Below are positions 54,705 through 64,000 of a stretch of 64,000 bases of DNA, piece by piece; position 1 is the stretch's first letter; each line of letters starts with the position of its first letter. Source of the stretch: the human T2T-CHM13v2.0 reference genome, Homo sapiens. Both the position numbers and the translations under genes were made by a program. Where the stretch lies: assembly GCF_009914755.1 (NCBI RefSeq), contig NC_060932.1; one strand, given 5' to 3'. The notes below the pieces were generated by a model. The model was not told the DNA's origin. It was given only the letters and a program-made list of their open reading frames with translations, and did no database searches.

Positions 54705-57599
54705 ATAAGATTTGATTGTATCTTATACATGCTTGTGCAACCATCATATGTAGCATTTTGCTAGTACATAAAAAATGTTCAACTACTCTTTGCTAAATAA
54801 ATTAATGAAGAAATGAATGAGTTAGCGAATGGACATTACAAATAGGAAAATACCTAAAGAGCTCTAAAACTCATGACTAGAATTCTTTGGCTCATAATGT
54901 TTACTAAAATATTGTTAGTACCTGTAGTTGAAATATGTAATTTGCCTGTGTTACTTGAACTATAACTGAAAGAGATCTCTTTTATTGCAAAGAGAGAATT
55001 CTTTCCCATGCTACTAGTGTTTAACTTGTGAATTGTCCTGGGATTCTCTGTAAAGCAAAAACCATTAGATAGGTCATGAAACATGCAGCCTCCATCACAG
55101 CAATGATCTGAGCTGCATGTGTACTGTAAATATATTTCTAATACTTTTTCCAGTGGCTTCTATAGCAATGCTCTGCAGTGTGACATTGGTGGGCAATCTA
55201 GCTTTCATTTCAAGTTTGCCTACTGTCCAGGTGTCCACTGAACATAAGCCAGTCCCAACTACTAAAAAACAAACAAACAAAAAACACCTAACAACAACAA
55301 CAAAAAAACTAATCCACCCTGTTCCTAAAAACCACCACATCATGTTGCTAAAGAGTATCTTTTAGCCAATAAAAACTTCCTTATATACTTCTATGTGACT
55401 TTTAAAATGTAATTGCTTTTATTTAAATTCAAATGGCATAAAAGGTCCTGCATTAGTTAATTTTGTTTGTTTATAGATATTTTGTTTCTAGGAGTTTCAC
55501 CAAACGTTTGGGCTGCAGCCAGCCAAGAGCTATACTTGGGCTGCCTCCCAGTTCTGAATACTGTGGACCCAAGCCCAAATTTCAAGGTCAAGGGACTAGA
55601 GACCACTGGGCTGTTTGGAACTATTAGAATTGAGACAGAAAGGGCCCCAGTGACCTCAGCAGTGAAGAGAAAAACCTGAAAGTCCATTGATTTGTAGCAC
55701 CTCATCTCTCCCCACTTGGAGCACTAGATTTAGGATGCAAGAAAATTCACTGTATGAAAAGTTGATGTTTTTAAACCTCTGGTTAAAAATGAAGGACATA
55801 AAGCCTGGAAGTCAGGGGAACATGACAATTAAATAATCTAGAGTAACTAATTGAGAACTTGGCCAAAGAGCTATGGATTCATGGAGAATGGTAGATAATC
55901 ATGAACTTAACGTATTCTGTAAATGACCTTAGATCTAATGCCAGTCCCATGACTCTACAAGAACCATATCATCTTGTATTTCATTAGTGTTTGTCAGAGC
56001 TATAATACCCCTTGAGTTACTGAGCCACTTTCTTTCATTTGACCCAAGAATATTAGGTTAATGACCAAAATATTACCAATATTTCTGAAAGACAAGAGAG
56101 GACTATCCCTCAATTATAAGAAGGGTGAGAGAAACATTCAGATAGATTAAAAATGACTGTACAGAAGGCCCAGATTTGGGTAATGACAAAGCCAGGAGTA
56201 AATTGTGAGTTTCCTGCCCTCCAAACACACACTCTCCATTCAAGTACATTTTGGCCTGTGCTTTTGGTGATTTTCTCTGTGGTCTTAAGTGGATTTTTAC
56301 AAGATCTGTGGAGTTTCTGCATGCTGTTACATATGTTTTAGTAATGCTGATGTTAAGTTTTGCATGTGTTTTATTTTATTCCCCTAGTAGTCTTAAAAAT
56401 AGGACAAGAATTATTTAAAAGGGGAAAGAGATTATTATTTCAGTTTAAGAGTCCCAATAGGATGGGGAAAACTTGGAAAGTGTAAAGAGTTCTATATTCC
56501 TATATAAGTGTGACTCGAAAGCCACCCTTGGTTTTACACCATCTCTACCTATAATTTTACTTTTCCCCAGCATTTTTTTCAGACCTGCACAGCAGCTAAT
56601 CCTCATAAAGGAAAAGCCACACATGAAATTTAAACTCCAGCACTTTGGTTAAAATTCCTGTAGGACAATATCTTCTCCCTCTGCCTGACCATATTAAATT
56701 GACTGCATGGAAGAAAGTCAAACTTCTCCCTCCAATATTCACCTTTGGATAGACTCCAAGCATTAACTAAGAAATGTATAGAAGTTTAGGTGTGATCAGA
56801 TGTAGATTATCTAAACAATGCTTTTGTGGTCTTCAGAAGTAACAATTCATGGAGGGAAACATTGAGAACCTTAATAGCACACATTGAATTGAGCTACTTA
56901 TCTAATTTTAATAAATGGCAAGATATGTAAGATGTAGACATCTGTGCTTGTAAGGAATTCCAGAGAAACCTTACAGAGGGTCAAATTTTATGTTTTATTT
57001 TATCCAAACAAGGTCAGATATTAGAAGGCTTCTCAGAGACGTTTTCTTCCCCAAATCCATTGTTTAGTAGGTATTGGAAGAAAAAGCCTTATGAATGAAA
57101 GACTTCAAAAGCCTTTGTTTTTGGTCTGAGTCATGAAACCCTAAATTGTTGAAGTCTAAAAAGCATAAAGACCAGTAGATTTCACATTTTCTTCGTTAGA
57201 GCCCTGGGATATCTCAGAGGCCATATTGGAGAACAAAGACCATGGTATGAAGCTCCCAGTCAATGGGAATAAGTTCTCCCTTTTTCAGTCTTCTCTGAGA
57301 ATCTGCATAAATTTTGTTTGAAGAAAGAATTCTGCTGCTAAGAAAAAGTCTAAAAACTACTGATATATAATAGATTTCCTCATTTTTTATGTAGAAATAA
57401 TTGAGACCAAGAGGGGATAGTGACTTTTTATTATTATTTTGCTGCTCAATGTGGTATTGTACATAAGTCTATAGCCTCAATGACCCACCAGCAGTAGCAT
57501 TTATACTGCACAAACTTGGGATGTAAGAAAAGTTATTGTCCAACTTCATACACCATTTCATCCTTTCTAATGTTCAATTTCAATTTCCCCTTATGGTTA

Positions 57600-58040
57600 T
57601 TCAAGCAGAAGCTGCTAGTTGTCTACCCAATATCAAGTATCCCCTTTTCCTTAATAACAGAACCCTAATTTTATTCCAGAACATATGCCTAGCTAAAACA
57701 CTACATTTCACAGCCTCCTTTGCAGCTAGGTGTGACTATAGTACTAAATTCTGGCCAATGTGATGAAAGCAAAATTATTGTGTGAAACAGCTAAGGAGGC
57801 TCTTTAAAAAGAGCTAACTCGGTTTAGAGGTGGGTTTTTTTTTTTTCCTTTTCTCCTCTCCTTTTGGAGGTCTGGAATGTACATTCCATAGCTGAAGCCT
57901 ACAGTGACAGAGCAGAGAGACAAAAGGTGCTTCCATTTCAGATGAGGCTTTTGGGGGGCTTTCATACAAGACTTGTGCTTATTTAGGAGAGTAATTATTT
58001 GTGTGTTTAAGCCACTTAAGATCTCCACGCATATGTTATA
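57600..58040 (+). mobile_element. Old MLT1 (H/I/J-like) LTR
   Basis: ctgctagttgtctacccaatatc..cccttttccttaataacagaaccctaatttt..catttcacagcctcctttgcagctagg..tttaagccact. Confidence 0.7.
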
Positions 58041-58302
58041 CCTTATCTGTGCTTTCCAGAAAACAACTGGTCTTTCTCTTAATACCCATTATAAATAAAA
58101 ATGAATCAAACCTCTTTTTCCTTCCCTCAGAGTCTCAGACCTTTCAAAATAAGTTAATAATATTTTTCGTAATGACTGACAACGTTTCCTTTTCCACAGA
58201 ACATTTGTCAAGAACATTGAACATGTTTTCCTTATAACCAGTCCATTTAGTAGTGTTCAGAATTTCCAACAGAATGTAAGCTAACTGGAAAGACATCTGA
58301 CA

Positions 58303-59463
<1,161 letters not shown>

Positions 59464-59928
59464 TGAACATTTCTTTTCCCTTGGATTTCCCCTTGCAAGC
59501 AACTATCTACTGAAAGATCTTGGTTTTAAAGTACAGGTTCCAGGAAAACCCAAGTGCTTCCCTTTGAAATTGATAGAGACTTTGAAATTCTACCAAGTAT
59601 TTAGGGTGTTTATTAAGTGATTTCGTATTTTTAACTACTATCTATATTTTGAGAAAAAACTTAAGACTTGTGTTTTCAAAACTTGAAATATATACACAGA
59701 AACTCTTGTAGATATTGGATTTGTCAATAACTATAACATGCAGTGAGGACACTTCTGACTTTAGAATCATTGGGACGTAGAATTTTAGAACTAGATACAT
59801 GCTGGAGACCACATGGTGCAACTCCTTTGTGCACAGTGGGTAGCACAGAACTAGAACATCAGGCTTCTGCAGACTTCATTGTTCTTTTCTTCAGCACAGA
59901 GCTTCTGCTTTTAGTATAAGAAAGATGT

Positions 59929-60350
<422 letters not shown>

Positions 60351-60477
60351 TCATTCTGGGTGCATATTTATTCACTGTAAGAAGGAAGTGAAGGCAAGAT
60401 CTCAGCTATTTGCATTTAGTCCTTTCTGAGTTTAATCTCTCTGAGCCTATCATTTGCTGAAAGAAAGTAGCTGACTT

Positions 60478-60752
60478 AGCTGGGTGCAGTGGCTCACATC
60501 TGTAATCTCAGCACTTTGGGAGGCAGAAGAGGGCAGATCACTTGATCCCAGGAGTTCGAGACCCACCTGGGCATCATGGCAAGACTTGGTCTCTACAAAA
60601 AAAGGAAAAATAAGAAGCTGGGCATGGTGGTGTACACCTGTAGTCTACTTGGTAGGCTGAGGTGGGAGGATCACCTGAGCCCAGGGAGGTTGAGGCTGCA
60701 GTGAGCTGTGATTGCAACAGCGTGAGACCCTGTCTAAGAAAAAAATAAAATA
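60478..60752 (+). mobile_element. Alu (AluJ-type) with a small right-arm deletion
   Basis: Alu dimer; TSD aaagaaagtagctga. Confidence 0.93.
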
Positions 60753-61899
60753 AAAAGAAAGTAGCTGAACTTTTTAAGTCACAGGAATGACTTCCAAGCA
60801 CCATTCTGAAGATCACATTTTCTGGTCATTAGTTTGTGTCTAAACACCCCAGACAGGGTAAGTTTTTCTACAGCTGTGCCTAGAGAACATGATATAGATA
60901 TAGATGAAGAGAGAGAGGGAGATACAGCTATGAAAATGTTTATCTTCTCTTTTATATTCTAAGCGCTTTCAGAAAACTCATGAAAAAATTTTGTATCCTT
61001 CTTATAGAGCACAGTGCCTGGTACCTACTTATAGCATGTTTTTATCATGAGAACTGTGATTGTGAATCCCTAGGTTTGTTTTTATACTCACTTCATCAGT
61101 TTTGTACTAGAGATGAGTTTTTGGTTGATGTTGTTTGCAAAAATTTACCTGAGGAAACAAAAAAACCCCACAATCCATTCATCCAAAAACCAACGATTAT
61201 TCTTACTGTGTTCCAGGTTGAAAAGATGAAGACTCTGCCCTTCAGTGTTCTTACAGGCTAATAAAAAAATGTGCAGTATTTTCTACACATACAAAATTAT
61301 AGAGATTCTAAGAATAGCCTTCATAGTCAGTAAGCTATTTCATGAGGGGAAGAGTAAGAAAACCAACTTGCACAGAGCAGAGGGCTCATATTAGAGCCAC
61401 AGTGAAACACACGTGGAATAAACAAAAGGGATCCATTCGAGGAAGGGCCGTAACTGTCTGCATGAGAAGTTTAACCTGTCCTGCTCAGCCATAGGGAGCC
61501 ATGGGAGATTTTTAAACATGGAAGTGACAAAAGTAACTAGCAATGGTGTACTGGAAGGATACGCAGGAGGAAGTTGCTATAGGCAGAGAGGCTAGTTGAT
61601 AATTTCTGTCATCAAAACCTGTAGTGAATTCAGAGACAACAAAATACAATTTCATTTATTCAGAAAATATGTAGTACGCACCTTATTTGGGTCAGACTCT
61701 GTTTTAAGAATTGAGAAAGCCTCTGTGTTCCTGCCTTCCAGAATACACATAGCAGTGGAAAGCACTGGTTATGTGTGTATGAGAAGGGGGCCAATATTTA
61801 ATGTAAGAAATGGAAGAGAAAAATGGGAAACAAATGAGTATAAAAGACATAATAGTATGCTTAAAACACTCAAAATCAGATATATATTAACATCATAAT

Positions 61900-62480
61900 G
61901 AGATAGCCTTAGACTGGGAAAAATTGTAAGTGGTTGACAATAGCAGGTGTTAGCAAGAATGTAAAACAATAGGGACCCTAATAATTGCCCATCTGAGTGT
62001 ATATTAGTTTAACTGCTTTCAAGAATAATCTGACAAAAACAAAGCTGAAAGAATATATTCTTTAACCAAAATTAAAGCTACCTACATATTTATCAACAGG
62101 AAAATACAGAAAAAAAACTAATTAGCAATGCAAATGAATGGACTGGAGCTATATTTATTAATGTGGATGAATCTTTCAAATATAATGTTGAGTAAAATCA
62201 AACTATAGAAAAATATGTGTAAAATATCTTTTATACAAAATATGCAATCATTCAAGTCAATGTTGTATATTAATTTTAGAAAGAAATGCTTGAGAATAAA
62301 AAGCATGTGATTTAGCATAGGGATTGATTACTTCCGGGAGCCTAGGGGAATGAGATTGGGGATGGTATAGAGAGGCTTCAAGTTTATAGGTCATTTTTAA
62401 ATTTCCTGTGCTATGTAGTGTATCATGGGCATTCACCATATTCTTTATATCTTTTTGTACATCTTAAATAATTTTTAAAA
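61900..62480 (+). mobile_element. Old L1ME-like 3' fragment
   Basis: ttgacaatagcaggtgttagcaagaatgt..atgtggatgaatctttcaaatataatgttgagtaaaa. Confidence 0.6.
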
Positions 62481-64000
62481 ACCTAACCCATTATATGCAC
62501 ATCATGGACCCATGACAATAGTCTAATGTTGAGAAGTTGGCTGGTAGCACACTGTTTTTCAGGAAATTTCTCCCCTGCACAACAAACTTCCTTATTATTT
62601 AAAGAAAGTGGCTTTCTACTGGACACTGAAATTTCCAGGGAAGAATTAAAGCTACCAAGAACTACCACCATGGAATATAATGACGCTTTTTAATTTAAGA
62701 TTATATTGGGGAAGTGTCTTAGAAATGGTCTACTTCTTGATCACATCCATATAGTCAAGAATACCTAGGCAAGATACTGACTTTGATAATGCCAGCTGAT
62801 GTTCTGTCTGTGAACTGGTGAAGATACTGCTAAATCTATTTAAGGACTTAACATAGGTCCAATTTTCTACTTCCTGACAAAATAATGGTGATGAATGGGA
62901 TGAGACTTCCCTAGGGTTCTTCAGAGTCTCTAGGGATAGGACTTTTACTATCAAGAAATGCTCTCCCTCGACCCACTTGGATACAAAATCCAGCCCTGGA
63001 TTTTATATTAGGTGTCTCCTGGCTGCCTGTTTCAGCTGGCAGTCTCCCCCTTCTAAACAACATGGCCCTGTTGTCTTCCGGGTGGTGTTTCTTTCCAAGA
63101 CCAGACTTTCTCATTAGTTTGTGAAATAGCCTACTGGACTAACAGAATTCTCAGCTGAAATTCCCAGCCCTAGAGAGTCATGCTGAGGATGCTGTGAAGC
63201 CAATCTGGGCTGCTTTCTCATGGGTACAGCCACAGAAGAGTCAAGAGCTTAACATTTGGAATCTGACCTGCATTTAGATGCATCTAGTGGACCAATGGCT
63301 ACTTGATTGGTGGAGGGTTTATTGAGATGCTGTTTTTTAATTATAAATCATTGAAATCCACCCCAGAATTATTACTGAAAACAGGAGCCTGGAGTTCTAA
63401 TAAAATTGGAATTTCTATGTTTTTCTGTGAGGGAAGCAAGGCAAGGATTTTAGAGTCATTCCATACACACTAAATAAATCATGTTCCCTCGCTCTGGGGC
63501 AGAGGGACCCAGCACTTCCTGTGCTAGGCCCAGCTGATCGACCTCTATAAAATCTTAGCAGGCACTTAGGTCCCAGCAGGAGCTCTGCTGGGATGAAATC
63601 ATGTAGTGCCTGAGGACAGCATCCGTCCCCCCATCCCCATGGCAACCGTCAATCTCACAGGAACAGAAGACATGCCTTAGGTTTGAGATTTCTCTCAGAA
63701 TGCCCTCTGGGCTGGAAATGTCTTATTAAATTTCAAAGATTCAAGTACTGAGACCCAAGGGAGATGGTTTGCTCTTTTCTTGTACTGGGGTAGGGAAGTG
63801 AGCCACTTTCTCTTTATTGGGAAACCTTGCCTGATGGGTAGAAGTTGTAGGTGGGCATATTTTGCTCAAAACAGACTTCTCCATATAAAAAGCTCTGCTC
63901 AGTAAAGGAGTGACCTATCTTGGAAATTCAAGCATCCTCTGACATTATAATATTAAAGCAGAGGACAGGTGTCTGTTAGTCGAAGATGACAAAAAAATTG

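Noticed and set aside
55467-55679. 70-aa ORF following a good acceptor (ttttgtttctag, 55491)
   Set aside because: No homology recognised and no convincing donor; kept only as a possible non-coding acceptor.

Overview
Primate (very likely human) genomic DNA, AT-rich and dominated by interspersed repeats. It holds about 20 Alu/FLAM/FRAM copies (many with clean target-site duplications, TSDs), several L1 fragments including two long decayed L1s at ~40.9-51.6 kb, L2/MIR, MaLR LTRs (MLT1, MST), ERV1- and ERVL-class remnants, and DNA-transposon fossils (MER33/MER3, MER5A, MER81, MADE1, Tigger4). I find no credible intact protein-coding exon. The long ORFs are Alu, L1 or ERV read-throughs or simple-repeat artefacts, and I cannot name the locus. 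Notable items: (1) a small two-LTR ERV1-type provirus with a tRNA-His primer-binding site (7733-10490) and a collinear diverged sister internal segment (~13.9-17.1 kb); (2) a BC200 retropseudogene; (3) a U6 pseudogene fused to an old L1 3' end within a deeply nested repeat stack; (4) a zero-spacer p53/p63 element next to an AP-1 site (20105-20148); (5) a 62-bp ~90%-identical duplicated splice-acceptor/exon start (22843 and 25596); (6) an L1 with a template-switch-type internal inversion; (7) an LTR33-like element with CCAAT/ETS/NF-kB/DR4 motifs and a splice donor, which may be a lncRNA first exon. Repeat subfamily names come from recalled consensus motifs and need RepeatMasker/Dfam confirmation. 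I see no evidence of a novel multi-gene system.
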